A program made the translations under genes and the position numbers. This document shows, piece by piece, positions 1-12,100 of a stretch of 64,000 bases of DNA. Every line of letters starts with the position of its first letter. The stretch's first letter is position 1. Location of the stretch: IMG/VR virus record IMGVR_UViG_3300029715_000189. One strand, given 5' to 3'. The notes under the pieces are model-generated. The model made no database searches, was not told the DNA's origin, and saw nothing but the letters and a program-made list of their open reading frames with translations. This DNA is from a virus. Its lineage: Duplodnaviria > Heunggongvirae > Uroviricota > Caudoviricetes.

Positions 1-1
1 G

Positions 2-208
2 AAGATCTTGTTTGGCTTCAATGTCAGGTCGTTCTTGAATAGCTGTCTGATGTCTGTTTCAACAGAAGAGGTTTTAACCAAATCTATGAAGAAAATAGTT
101 TCCAAGACAGTGCTGTTTTTGTATAGGAGAGCGCTTAAGAACTATCGCCGGGCATGCGGTCTTAAGTATGATCCTGATTCGGGCGGTTTGTCTGCCGTAC
201 ATGATTGA
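2..208 (+). CDS. Possible 3' end of a gene continuing from upstream of the window, or a short ORF. No recognisable domain.
   Basis: The open frame runs from the window edge to the stop at 206-208. The ORF track lists 8..208 with a TTG start. Confidence 0.2.
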   Translation, partial: KILFGFNVRSFLNSCLMSVSTEEVLTKSMKKIVSKTVLFLYRRALKNYRRACGLKYDPDSGGLSAVHD

Positions 209-254
209 TTTTTAAACGTATCCCATAACGTTGGATTTTCTCGTTCGTTTCTCT

Positions 255-262
255 TATCTTTG
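255..262 (+). promoter_or_regulatory. TATCTTTG, an exact match to the Bacteroidota sigma-A -7 consensus TAnnTTTG, about 15 nt upstream of ATG 277.
   Basis: The motif is read directly from the sequence. Chance matches are frequent in AT-rich DNA, so this is suggestive only. Confidence 0.25.
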
Positions 263-276
263 TGAAAAAAGATAGT

Positions 277-3108
277 ATGAAATTACGAATCATAAAAAAT
301 CGTCCGATATTCGCTCCTGGCGGTAGTGTTCAGGATAAGAAACAGGATATTAATGTATCCTCTACTCAGCCTATTCTTGATTATGGAACGCCTGTTAATA
401 AATGGGGTGAATCTGATATTCAGAATATATATATGCCTTCTGATGTGATTTTAGAAACAGAGGAGGGGGAGATAAATCCATTTAGTAGTATGCCTACATC
501 CGATCCGTTTTTTGAAAATCATGATGCAGGATATGCAGGATATCTCGCTGATAATAGGGGTATGGTTAAAAACGTAGAGAAATCAGTCGTTGATAATGCA
601 ATGAATGTAGGTGGTGTTGATGCTGATTCTTCTAAAGAAAAACGTTCCCAAGATGGTAATCCTCTTGATCCTATGACTATGCCATATTACTCACCCGACC
701 TAACCAGCAGAGCTCAGATGTTCGGATCCAGCCTTGGCAGGATACGAGCCGGTAATAAGGTGGGTGCTAACGTGGCTCAAGCTGCCTTGTCTGGTGTTAG
801 TTTAGGATTAGGTCTTACCCGTAATATCATGGGAGCTTCATCTGCTGCGTATGCAGCCAGCAGAGACGAGCAGGCAGCGAGGGAAAAACTTGCCAAGGAG
901 CGTCGTCAGCAATTCATCAAGTGGGAACGTGAAGGTGGTGGCGTTAACCTTGGAAATGGACAGAGAATAGATACGTCTGATATGACAGGAGAATACATTT
1001 ACCCTCTTCCTGAATCTATGGAGGGTAATGCTAATGTTGAGATAGAAAAAGGAGAATACGTTTTGACTCCGGATGATGTTGGTCCTATGGAGGCAAAAGG
1101 TAACAGGCATGAAGACGGCGGCACTTCCGTTGATTTGCCGGAAGCTCATATTATTTCAGATTACCGTACTATCGATGATGATTTCGCTTCTTACGTAAGG
1201 GAAAATTATGGCATTAGAGCTACGGAAAAAGATACGTATGCTACGCTTCTTGATAGGTACAAGAAAAAAATAGGATTGTCCGAAAAGTATGATGATCAGG
1301 AACGTGTTTTCAAGAGATTGGAAAAGAATAAGGATGTTAAGGATAAAAATACTTCTGAGTTGAATAAGTCCATTCTTTCCAAGTACGTAAATGATAATCA
1401 AAAGGAAATAGACGAACTTGAGGTGCAATTCAGGTCTTTTGCTGATATTGTCTATAACAAACAAGAGGAATCCAAACGCCAAGAAAAGATAGATGCTTTC
1501 TTTAGAGATGGCGGAAAGGTTGATTTAAATGCCGTAAGAAAGCAGGCTAAGGCTCTTAACGTATCTGAATCTGATGCTAAAAATTGGATATACGATGAGT
1601 ATGTAAAGAGAGTTAGGAAAATGGCTGAAGGCGGCCCTACCAAAGAGCAAATAGAGTGGGGTAAGAAAGTACAGCAGCTTTTAATGAAGCAGTTTGGACG
1701 TGCTCTTAATATGTCTATAGTGGATGTTGCGGACAGAGAACAGATCCTTAGTCCTGATTCTGGTGTAAATTCTAATCAAAATCTGCAACACAGAAGTAGC
1801 GCCGGTTATGGTAGGGTAAATAACAAGGCTATTTCTAATTTGCTTGATATTAACCGTTGGGCTAATAAATACAATACGGATGGAGATTTTAATACAGAAG
1901 GATTCCAGACTGGATACAATAGCCAACTAAACAACCTATGGGCTTTGGCAGAATCAGGTGCTATAGCCAATGCCGAAAAAGCCAAGAAATTTAGAGACGA
2001 ATACGGATTTTGGGGAGAGGATGCTGGTAAGTACGACCAAGGAAGTAAATCGGCATATAACTCATTTGCCGTAGATGACAAATTTGGGCAAACTACGGCA
2101 ACCAGATCATTTTATGGATTGGATGTAGTTACTCCTGAACAAAAGAGATTGTTGAACGAAAAAGGGATAAAGAATTATGTTGACTTATTTGGTGATAAAT
2201 CTGATGCAGCTAAGAAGATTCTGGGTGCCGATTATAATAAGTTTGCTGCTTTAAAAGATAGCGGTTTGATGTCAGAAACAGACTTTATTTTAGAAGCCGT
2301 AAATCCGACATCAAAACCTATAGAAGCTGAACCTGTAGGAACCGGCGCTAAATCTCCCAACCCAGGTTCTCCAGGCAGGATAGAAGTGAAGAAAGAAAAT
2401 CCTGTTGTTAATACTACTGTAGAAACGGAAGCCGAGGAAGAAGATGATACAAACGGAAGAAAAGGTGTCAGTCCTGCTTTATCAGGCCCTATATTCCCTG
2501 AGATGTTGAGGATGCTTGATACTGGATTAGAGATAGAGGGATTGGAAAGGCATCAGGCTCCGAGAATAGATCCTGTTCTGCAATCTGCTGATCAGTATAT
2601 CAACGAGCTCAACCGCGCGACATCGGCTCAGTTGGACGCAGTAGGTGACGTGCCCGACTCCCAGCGTTCCGCTATTCTGGCTAATATGAACGCCATAGCT
2701 GGAAGCAATATAGCCAAGTACATTAACGAAGTAAATTTCAATAACGCAAGGCAAATAAACGAAGCTGATAGATTCAATGAAATGGCTTATGTTCAGACAG
2801 ACGATAAGAACATAGCGGAAAGGCAACGTTATGAATCTGGGTTATTGAAGGCTATGGCTATAAGGGATGAAAATCTTGCTCGTTATTATGATAGCATAAA
2901 CAGCGAAATACAGAATAAGTTCAATGTTCGTACATCGTTGAATACCATAGCTTCCATAGCTCCGAATATGAGAATGCTTCCAAGTGGCCAAATTATTTAC
3001 GTTCAAGGTAATCAGGATGTGATGAATATGGGTGATTATTCTACACCTTACTTGAGAAGTTTAAATGAAGAAGATGATGAAATTAAAAGAAGAAGGAGGA
3101 CCAAATAG
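277..3108 (+). CDS. Large protein (about 943 aa from ATG 277; the track ORF starts at GTG 262). It is the first of four giant plus-strand ORFs and is probably a virion or ejected (cargo or internal) protein.
   Basis: A long uninterrupted ORF that is co-directional and nearly abutting the next giant ORF. Its TAG stop overlaps the GTG start of the next gene. No catalytic motif was recognised. Confidence 0.85.
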   Translation: MKLRIIKNRPIFAPGGSVQDKKQDINVSSTQPILDYGTPVNKWGESDIQNIYMPSDVILETEEGEINPFSSMPTSDPFFENHDAGYAGYLADNRGMVKNVEKSVVDNAMNVGGVDADSSKEKRSQDGNPLDPMTMPYYSPDLTSRAQMFGSSLGRIRAGNKVGANVAQAALSGVSLGLGLTRNIMGASSAAYAASRDEQAAREKLAKERRQQFIKWEREGGGVNLGNGQRIDTSDMTGEYIYPLPESMEGNANVEIEKGEYVLTPDDVGPMEAKGNRHEDGGTSVDLPEAHIISDYRTIDDDFASYVRENYGIRATEKDTYATLLDRYKKKIGLSEKYDDQERVFKRLEKNKDVKDKNTSELNKSILSKYVNDNQKEIDELEVQFRSFADIVYNKQEESKRQEKIDAFFRDGGKVDLNAVRKQAKALNVSESDAKNWIYDEYVKRVRKMAEGGPTKEQIEWGKKVQQLLMKQFGRALNMSIVDVADREQILSPDSGVNSNQNLQHRSSAGYGRVNNKAISNLLDINRWANKYNTDGDFNTEGFQTGYNSQLNNLWALAESGAIANAEKAKKFRDEYGFWGEDAGKYDQGSKSAYNSFAVDDKFGQTTATRSFYGLDVVTPEQKRLLNEKGIKNYVDLFGDKSDAAKKILGADYNKFAALKDSGLMSETDFILEAVNPTSKPIEAEPVGTGAKSPNPGSPGRIEVKKENPVVNTTVETEAEEEDDTNGRKGVSPALSGPIFPEMLRMLDTGLEIEGLERHQAPRIDPVLQSADQYINELNRATSAQLDAVGDVPDSQRSAILANMNAIAGSNIAKYINEVNFNNARQINEADRFNEMAYVQTDDKNIAERQRYESGLLKAMAIRDENLARYYDSINSEIQNKFNVRTSLNTIASIAPNMRMLPSGQIIYVQGNQDVMNMGDYSTPYLRSLNEEDDEIKRRRRTK

Positions 3109-6100
3109 TGGCTTCACAGTATAGTATTTTAAGGCAATATGCCCCGTATGTTAGTCCTTACAACATAGATCTTGTTAAGGACGTCATGATGTACAAACAG
3201 CAGAAGGTTGATGCTGCTCGTGAAAAGATCTATACCCAGGTAGATTATCTTATGGGTCAAGAGATAGATAAGCCTGAAGCCCGCGCTTATATGGAAGATA
3301 AGATGTCAGGTGTGATTGCTAACATCAATCAAAAATTCAAAGGCGTGGATCTTTCTTCTGATGGTGTTACGAGAGCCATACAAGGAGAGATAAGTTCGGT
3401 GTTGGATGATACGGTCATTAACGCGATTGCCGGCACAAAAGAAGGCAAGAGGGTTATGAAGGAAATAGAATCTATAAAACAGAATCATCTTGAACTTTAT
3501 TCTCCTATTAATGAATGGTATGCTTTGGATCCTTATTACAAATGGAGGTCAGATGGTAAAGCAGGATCAAGGTTAGGAGGTCTTCATTATTCTCCTTATG
3601 TCGATTATACTAAGGAGATAAATAAGCTGGTTAGTGACTTTAGGAAAAATAACGAAGGCAAGAAGATTCAAACAACAGAATATGATGTTAAAGGTAATCC
3701 TACTGGTGGGATTATAGAAGTTAACGTAGATGAACTTACAGATTCCCAGATAAGGAATTTTGTGTCTGCTAACTTATCTGAAAACATGAGGAATCAGATG
3801 AGAATAGAGGCATCATATATGGCAGCTACCAATCCGGTGTTCAGTAATCCGGATTTGGTCAGTCAATACATTGGGTCTTATGTCGAAAGATACGATAGAC
3901 ACATAGGAGCATTGGAAGCGAAAAAGAAATCAGTAGGGGATAATAAAGATATTATTGATCGTATTGACAGTCAGATACAGGAAGCTAAAAATCAGAAAGC
4001 AGAAGCCAAGAGGGAGGCAGATATGATAATAGCTTCGTCAGATCCGGTAGCGGCCGCTAATTTTGTTGTTACCAATAATCTTTTCGATAAGATGACTGAT
4101 GCATGGAGATACGACAATACAAGTTTTGAAAGGAAGAAAGATGATCTTTATTTTGCAAGGTTGGCAGAGGATGAGGCTCAGCAAAAGTTTTTGACTGATA
4201 ATGCTAAGTCTATGGTTAAAATATCGTTGGCACAAGAGCAGCTTGCTCAGGCCAAGATTGAAACCGAATACATGCGTACTTACGGTGCCAAGATGGGAAC
4301 TGAAAGCTCATCCGCAGGCACGACAGGTGCAGGCGGTATGGGAGTGCCTATGGCTCCTATGGACGGGCCTATGGCTATTAACTCTGGAACAGGTAAGACA
4401 GGATCTGTTAATTTGGCCAATATTCCTTACGAGTTACTTAAATCTCATTCTACAGATCGTAAAGCCAATTTATTGAAATTATATAACTCATTATCTCCTA
4501 CAGATAGAAGCAATATCGTTGCAGCATCATACGAAGAAGAAAAAACTGATCCAGGATTGTATGCTAATATGACTCCTGAAGAGCGGGTATATTCTTATTT
4601 GAAAAACAATGGAGGTCAGAAAAACGGATATTTCGGGCAAGGCAATAACAGATTATCTGAAGCTTATGATGCTTTACTTCTTTCTGATTCTAAGGTAAAT
4701 GGAGCTACAAAGGCTATAAATAACATAACTGATTATCAAATCGATAATATAGTTACTGAAAAAAATAAGGATATTATCAGGAAAGTTCGTAATGCTAAGT
4801 TTATGAAAGGAAATTCTTTTATAAATCTTACCGATACAGATGATAAGGCTGGAGCTTTCCTACTCGCCACGGCCATAACAATTGGCGTATCTGATGCTGT
4901 AGGGCTTAGAAGGTACATGATGGGTCCTTCGAGAGGAATAAATATTCCTAGTGCTACATCTCCGTCATTAGGAGCTAAGGCGAGTGCCGGCAAGTTGGGG
5001 AAAAACATATCTGGTGCTATTACAGGCAAGGATAATGGTTCTTCTACTGGTACGTTGGCTCTTATTAATGGAATGAAGAAACTTAATGGTGATCCCGATT
5101 TTAATATATCCGATTATATGACTATAGATAAGGATGGTGATATAGATTTAAAAGATTATCAAGAAGGGGAGCCTTTGACTATTACTCAGTTAAGATATGC
5201 TGAGAAAAATAGTAGGGTGTCTGACATGATAGCAGGTCAGATGCAGGACGAGATAAAAATGTCTGTATCTTCCGATCAGATTTCTGATATTTTGTCTCAG
5301 TATCATTACCTTGATTCTTACAAAAGATACAATTGGAATGCTGATTCACCTGAAAAGTCTTTGCAGAAGGCTCAGTTTAGAAGATTGTCTGGTTACATGG
5401 CAGGAAAGGTAAATAATCTGGATCCTACTGCTATTAATACCATCAATATGGACGCCGAGATAGATAATGGCACTGTCAGAAGGTTCTTGACTGCTCAAGT
5501 AGGGTCTGGTAAAAACTCTTATGTTACAGAAAGGGTAGAGATCACAAATGATGAGCTTCTTAAGGCAGGTATAGATCCTTCGGTTGAGGAGCGCAATTAT
5601 CCAGTAGATGGTTACAAATCAAGTTTTGGAACTTGTGATTTTGTAGATACCGGAAAGAAGGAAGGCTATTCTTATGATAAGTATCTCATACGTAATGGTC
5701 TTCCCCGTTTGGCTTCTAAGGCTGATGTCAAGAATGATCTTTATGATATGGTAAAGGTTTATGGTTCTTACCTTAAGCCAGAAGAAATGAATGTTATTAA
5801 AACCCTTGTTGATAATTTTATTGACATGTCTGATAACATATCAGTTCAGTTGGAAGGAATGGATGACAGGGGTTCGAGAGAGGTAGCGGTCAATTTCTAT
5901 GACAAAAGGACTAAAAATTCTAAAAATCCTGCATTGTTGTTCTCGGATTTTGTTCCTTTGGATCCTGGTAATGATGAGTATGCGGATTACTGGAATAGCA
6001 TTCACCAGAAGTGTCCTCAGTACTTCTTTGTAAAATACGTGAAGGAGGCTATTCAAGAGCGTCTTGATCGGATGAGAGATCCGTATATGAGAGGAATAAA

Positions 6101-6167
6101 TATCATGCCCAACATGAATGACAAGTTTAGTAAGTTGAACGATTTTTTGCAAAAAAATTATGGCTGA
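3108..6167 (+). CDS. Large protein of 1019 aa with a Gly/Met/Pro-rich low-complexity segment (GTESSSAGTTGAGGMGVPMAPMDGPMAINSGTGKTGS). Putative virion or cargo protein.
   Basis: An AGGAGG Shine-Dalgarno sits 8 nt upstream of the GTG start. The gene is start/stop-coupled to its neighbours by ATGGCTGA and TAGTG overlaps. Confidence 0.85.
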   Translation: MASQYSILRQYAPYVSPYNIDLVKDVMMYKQQKVDAAREKIYTQVDYLMGQEIDKPEARAYMEDKMSGVIANINQKFKGVDLSSDGVTRAIQGEISSVLDDTVINAIAGTKEGKRVMKEIESIKQNHLELYSPINEWYALDPYYKWRSDGKAGSRLGGLHYSPYVDYTKEINKLVSDFRKNNEGKKIQTTEYDVKGNPTGGIIEVNVDELTDSQIRNFVSANLSENMRNQMRIEASYMAATNPVFSNPDLVSQYIGSYVERYDRHIGALEAKKKSVGDNKDIIDRIDSQIQEAKNQKAEAKREADMIIASSDPVAAANFVVTNNLFDKMTDAWRYDNTSFERKKDDLYFARLAEDEAQQKFLTDNAKSMVKISLAQEQLAQAKIETEYMRTYGAKMGTESSSAGTTGAGGMGVPMAPMDGPMAINSGTGKTGSVNLANIPYELLKSHSTDRKANLLKLYNSLSPTDRSNIVAASYEEEKTDPGLYANMTPEERVYSYLKNNGGQKNGYFGQGNNRLSEAYDALLLSDSKVNGATKAINNITDYQIDNIVTEKNKDIIRKVRNAKFMKGNSFINLTDTDDKAGAFLLATAITIGVSDAVGLRRYMMGPSRGINIPSATSPSLGAKASAGKLGKNISGAITGKDNGSSTGTLALINGMKKLNGDPDFNISDYMTIDKDGDIDLKDYQEGEPLTITQLRYAEKNSRVSDMIAGQMQDEIKMSVSSDQISDILSQYHYLDSYKRYNWNADSPEKSLQKAQFRRLSGYMAGKVNNLDPTAINTINMDAEIDNGTVRRFLTAQVGSGKNSYVTERVEITNDELLKAGIDPSVEERNYPVDGYKSSFGTCDFVDTGKKEGYSYDKYLIRNGLPRLASKADVKNDLYDMVKVYGSYLKPEEMNVIKTLVDNFIDMSDNISVQLEGMDDRGSREVAVNFYDKRTKNSKNPALLFSDFVPLDPGNDEYADYWNSIHQKCPQYFFVKYVKEAIQERLDRMRDPYMRGINIMPNMNDKFSKLNDFLQKNYG

Positions 6168-9100
6168 TAATAATATAGATAGATATAATCCTGCTGCTAA
6201 AACCACTTACGAAGATGTGGCAAGGCAAAGGAAATTAGCTGAAGAAGAAAATTACACTCCGGCTACATTACCAGAGACGACAACGCCTCTGGTTCCTAAT
6301 TATATGCCTGGTGAAGGTGTGTATGCCCAACCTGAATTTCCGGATTACGCATCAAGGATAGCTGCTGCCGAATACGAAGAACCGTATATAGCCAAGGAGA
6401 TAAGCAACAGCTACTCGGAGGCACTGGCTCGTAACAGCTACAGGGGGGCTACACCTGCCGCGCCGCCCCTTAATCCCTATGGACCGAAGGTAAGTATCCG
6501 TGAAAGTCATCAGATGGGTAATGATGGGGTATGGCGTACAAAATATCCCAACTATATTCCGGGTATAAATAATGAGGATTATTATGCCAGGAGACAGAGC
6601 GGGCGGAGTAAGTTTTGGAATGGTGTAGGTAAATTCGCTTTAAAGTCTGTATTGTACGGTGCGGAAGGAGTTGTGTCATTGCCTGACAAACTTATCAATA
6701 TGGCATCTGAGGGAAGTTATAAAGCTGCGTTAAACACTGACCTGGATAAGTTTGTAGGTGATCTTGACCGGCGAATAGACATGCTTCTTCCCCATTATTA
6801 CAAGAAAGAGGTAGAAGATTATAATTTCTGTCAGAAGCTTTTTAAGGATACCGGTAATTTCTTATGGAATGACGTCCTTGGTAATGGTATGTCTTTTACC
6901 GTAGGAGCCATGATATCAGCGTACATAACCGGAGGACTTGGGGTTGGATCATTGGGCAATATAGGCGCTAAATTAGGTGGAAGAATCGGAGCTAAGTTGG
7001 CAGCAAGGCAAGCTGCCAATAGGGGCATAGGAAACCTTAAAAGCGTGTTTAACAACTATGTAAGAAAAGGAGTTGCCACCGGAAGAAATGTAGGGGAGGC
7101 GGCTAAGACCATGACGTTGCTGGCTACCAGTGCCGGATTCGAGTCATCGGTTGAAGCAAATTCTTTTATGAAGCAATCCGAGTCTGATTTCAAGGATTAT
7201 TATCGTAAGATTTATGGTCGTGATCCCAATGTAGAGGAAATGGCTGTTTTTCGTAATTCTAATGCTGATGCAGGTAGTGCTATATTTGCCGCCAATATGG
7301 GTATAGTAGGATTATCCAACTGGCTTCTTTTCGGTAAGTATATAGGGTTAGGAGGCAAGGCTATACCTGGGTTGGAAAAGAAGCTCAACAAGCATTTATT
7401 TGGATTAGGGACGGAAGTTGCGAAGCCGGGAGAGATGGCTATTAAAATAACCAATCCCAATATAGGACAGGAGATAGCAGGCAATGTTTTCAATATCATG
7501 AAAAGGCCGGTGTCCGAAGGCTTATGGGAAGAAGGATCTCAAGGTGCTGTTCAGAATGCGGCTGAGGAATATGTTAAGTCAAGATATGATAATGTAGCCA
7601 TGAACGGAGCCGTTGATGTTCTTGATGCTATTTCTGAAGGATTTAAAAAGCAATATACGTCTAAAGAAGGATGGACTGAAATAGGAATCGGTGCTATTAT
7701 CGGTTCTTTGTTTGGTATGAGGGAAGGCTTCTTTGGGGTTAAAGAGTATAGCAATAGTCAGATCTTGCTGGAAAGGCAAGTGAATGAATACAACAAAGCA
7801 TCTTCTAATCTTAACACGGCGGCTTTGAATACGTTGAAAAAATCAATGAGTTTAGGGCCTCAAGTTCGTTCCGATGCCCAGTCTATGACTGACAAGGAGC
7901 TTGATGATGCTATGTTTGAAAAGATGTCTATTGACAACCAAATGGGAACCTTAGAGGATTCGGCTGAAAATTTTAGGCAGATGATTGATATGATGCCTAT
8001 TTCGGAAATAGCCGAAGCTAATGGAATGTCTTTGGAAGAGGCAAAGAAATACAAGGATTCTATTATTGATAATTATAACAATCGTCTTTCGGATTTCAGA
8101 TCTGCCCAGAGTTTTGCCGAAGATCTTATAGGTGATGATTCTAAGATTGAGTTTAGGAAATACGTGGCTCGTAATGTCTTCCTTGGTCTTCAATCAGAAT
8201 CAAGAATGAAAGACATAGCTTCTGTCATAGAAACGCTTTCGGGGCAGCCTCGCGTGGCGGATGCTCTAAGTACGTTCTCCCGGCTGTCGGACAGGGCAAG
8301 GGAGCGGGCGATGGCTATCCGTGGCATACGGTCAAGGATAGAAGAACTTGAATCCGAAATAGAAGATCTTGCTACTCGTCCTCGTAACGTAGATGGAAAA
8401 AATCCACAAGCTGAATACATACAACGAAAAACCAAAGAATTGGAAAGTCTTAGAACCAATTACAACAATTCGTTGTCTGAGTTATCAACGTTAATAGGAA
8501 AAGAGTTTTCGATAGAAGAGTTGGTAAGTAAAACCGAATCTGTTTTATCATCACCTCTTTCTCCTATAAGTTCACAAGATGTGATAGAAGCCTATGATAC
8601 GCTTGTGGCTTTTGATGATTATTTTAATGTAAAATCAAGACAGGAAAAGAAGTTTACAGCCAAAGACAAAGCCATGAGATCCTTGGTAAATGAATACCGA
8701 AGAAGTTTGATGGACTATAGGAATATGAATAACTTCTTGTCTAAGATGCTTGATAAAAGATTCTTAGCTGAGGAAAACAGGGGGTTTTCAAAAGCGCTGT
8801 CTTCTCTATGGTCTACTCCTTATAAAGGGGATGACAAGGTTCCTGATTTTGCAGAGTCTAATAAAGTTGGTAAATATGACACTGATGAGGTAGTAGATCA
8901 AGCTGTGTCAGAAGGTAAGATTTCGGAAGACGAAGCTTGGACTATCAAGGCTTTTATGCATGCTCTTGATAAAGTAAGGGAAGATAGGATGAAGGAAGCA
9001 GAAGATGATATAAAAGAGTCACCGCTTACGGAGTCTGTATCGGATGAAGATTATGAGGCTGCTATGGATAATCCTATTATGGTTCCGGCCGTAAGGCAGT

Positions 9101-12100
9101 CTATAATTGATAAACTATATACAGGTAATGCCGATCTTCTTACTGAGAGAGAAAAAGATGTGTATGATAAATACAAACAAGATTTTGATGATTATGTATC
9201 GTCTTTGGGTGACAGTCCCGTTAATCTCATAAAATCATTATCTGAAAAGGCTGATAGGCTTACAAGTCCGAGATCTGTGTATGAGGATAATAAAGCTATT
9301 ATTGATATGGCTAAATCCAATTTGGAACCAGATCAAAGGAAGGAACTTGATGATGCTATTTCTTCGTATGTTGATATAATGAACAGACGGGACAAAGGGG
9401 AGAAAGTTGACGAAGATAAGCTTGCCGATTCGGTATTTACCATAGAAGATCTTGGCCAGGTTGGAAACATCACGGATCTCCTTCCTTATATCGAACAAAA
9501 CAGGATTATTGATAAAGGTCGTATTTCCGAATCTACGTTAAGTAATTTTGGGGAGGATGATGCTAATATAGATTCTCTTGTAAATGAATTAGACGAATCT
9601 GATAATACGCCGGGAGCCAATATAGATAGCGCCCAGAATCCAGAGACGTTGATGGTAAGAAGAATCTCCAATGACGGCAATGAAAGGTATGAAATTGCAG
9701 GTCTTAGAGCCGATAAATTTATATCTTCTATAAAATCATTGGTTCCTATTCAAATAAGCTCTGAAACGAACGCTAATGGCACTAAAAGGTATTCTCTTAA
9801 TATAGGTGGAGAAACGGCTACTATAATTGAATTGCCTTATCATGCGAGATGGTCTATAGACAAAGAATCGGCTCGTGTTCTTAACCGTTACACAGACGTG
9901 TCTATTCAGGACGTGGGTAATTCCTATTCTTTGGTTTATAAGCGTCTTGATTCAGATGAGTTGGTTCCGTACAGAACAGGTGTTGGATTCGGAGAGAATG
10001 AGGTAGATAAAATAGATCAGGAAGCATTATCTTCTTTGAAAAAAGGAGATAAGGTTAATCTCGAAATAGATGTAAATGATACCTATAATCAGTCTCTTTT
10101 TGCCGAATACAATGATGCTGTTCAGTCCGGCGATAAAAAAAGAATAGAATCTGCTGAGAATAAACTGGTGTCCAATATGGTTATCAAGGTCATGAGTGGG
10201 AACCGATTCGTTTCTGTTGTAAAAGCTGATACAGGAGGCATAGATGGTATAAGTAAAATAAGAAGAACGGCTTTCAACAAGTGGAAGAAGGATGCCGGCC
10301 GGTCGGCTACCATCGGCGTCGGCACGCATGTTGTTGCCCAGACCCTTCCCGGAAGACCGGTGTTTAACATGAAGGTGAACGGTCAAGGATATGGCCAGGT
10401 AGAAAATCTCCCCATTACCGAAAAAGGTGCTGAAAAAATATCTGATGTAGGATATGTATTAAATGGCAAAGTCGTGCTTAAGAACGGCTCTAAATACACA
10501 GGCTTCCCATTTGCTTATTCTATATTAAATGACAAGGGGAATAATTACAAAAATGTAAGAGTTCCGGTAGTCGTCATCAAAGGTAAAAACGGTCTTAATT
10601 ATCTTTTCCCAGTTAGCCTACGTTCTGTAGAATCAGAGGAAGGGCAGAAATGGATGTCTTTTATAGATATGCTGCTTGAATCTGGTGATTCTGAATTGCT
10701 ACAGATGGGTCAAGATGACATACAAGATCTTAATGCGTATCTAACCAAGTTAGGTCTTGATCCGGCTTCGTATCAAGTATCGTATTTGAATCCTATTTCA
10801 GGGCTTAGAAAAGCTCGTGAGGCTATAGAAAAATTATCTACGGTTCCTGATGTTGTTAAGTGGGTAGAAGATGAAAGCAGGAATGTGAAAGACATTGTGA
10901 CGTCTGAAGTAGAATCTGGAATAGATTTCGAAGGTGAGATGTTTGTCGCTCCTAAGATCAGGATTCAGTTTGGCAAATCATCTTCCAGACCTAAATCGCT
11001 TATAGAGGATGATCTTCCTTTCTCTGATGAGGGTAAGACCGTTACTTCTAAGGTAGAAGATGTGGAAGTTTATGAAGAGGAAATGCCAGAGGAAGGGGCT
11101 GCCCGGGAGACTCAGCCGGCGCCATTAGCTCAGCCGGCTCCTGCGGCACAAGCTACGCAGTCTTTACCTGGCAAGAAGCGTACCTCCAGGAAAAACTTCT
11201 CTCTTATGTTAAACGAAATAGAATCTCATATAGAAAAAGAAGGATTGCCGTCTTATGCTAATATTTTTGATTTTATAGCAAGGAAGATTGTAGGAGGTGA
11301 TTTGAGGTTTCTTCGTGAGAGAGGTAATCCTAAAAGCCTTAAGGAAGAAATGGGATTAGAACCTAAAGGAACAGTAGGTGATAAAATATCCACTCCTTCC
11401 AGTAAAGGTGGTAAGATCTTAGAAGAATACGTTTCTTGGCTTCGTTCTCAAACAGATCAGGTGGTGGTTGATTATGTTGGGCCAAGATCTGACGAACAAA
11501 TTATATCAGAGTTGAAAAACTTTTTGAAATATATTAATTTTGTTCCAAGCAAGGCTTTGAATTATTCTCTTAGAGTCAATGGCATGGATACCCTAAAAGA
11601 ATATGGCACAAAAGAGGAAGTAGAAAAAATGGAATCTGATATCAATAGTTTGGTTTCTAAAGTTTTGCCTACGGTGGATAATAAAACTGTAGAAGATGTT
11701 TCTACTGCAATAAAATCAAACAACTTGCCTGCCATATGGGAGCCCGTGGAAAGCCTTGATATGACAAACGAGGAAAAAATAGAGTTTTTGAATAACGTAG
11801 CAGATTTCCTTAGCGGCATACCAGAGCATGATGCTGTCGTGGAGTCTATAGAGTCAGAATCAGATAATATTTTAAATGATGGAAAAGAAGGAAGTGCAGA
11901 AGGCGGTGCAGTACGCACTGAGGAAGATGGCGATAAAAAGGGAGATGGAGAAGGCAAAGGACAATCCAGAACAAATGTCGAAGTTGAAAGAAATGTCGAA
12001 TTACCTGGATCTGAAGAAGGAAGAGTAGATAACTATAGGAAGAACGGAGATAAGTTCTCTGACATTGCTGAAGTTACTTTATGGCTACTTAGAAGGGCTG

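Noticed and set aside
838-2826. Minus-strand ORFs 838..1149, 1156..1482, 1452..1643, 1681..1926, 1806..2081 and 2527..2826 inside the 948-aa gene. The many antisense ORFs inside other large genes are similar, for example 6470..11957 (-), 24152..28643 (-) and 19003..19563 (-).
   Set aside because: They are entirely embedded antisense to long, well-supported ORFs and show low-complexity or hydrophobic junk translations. They were treated as spurious.
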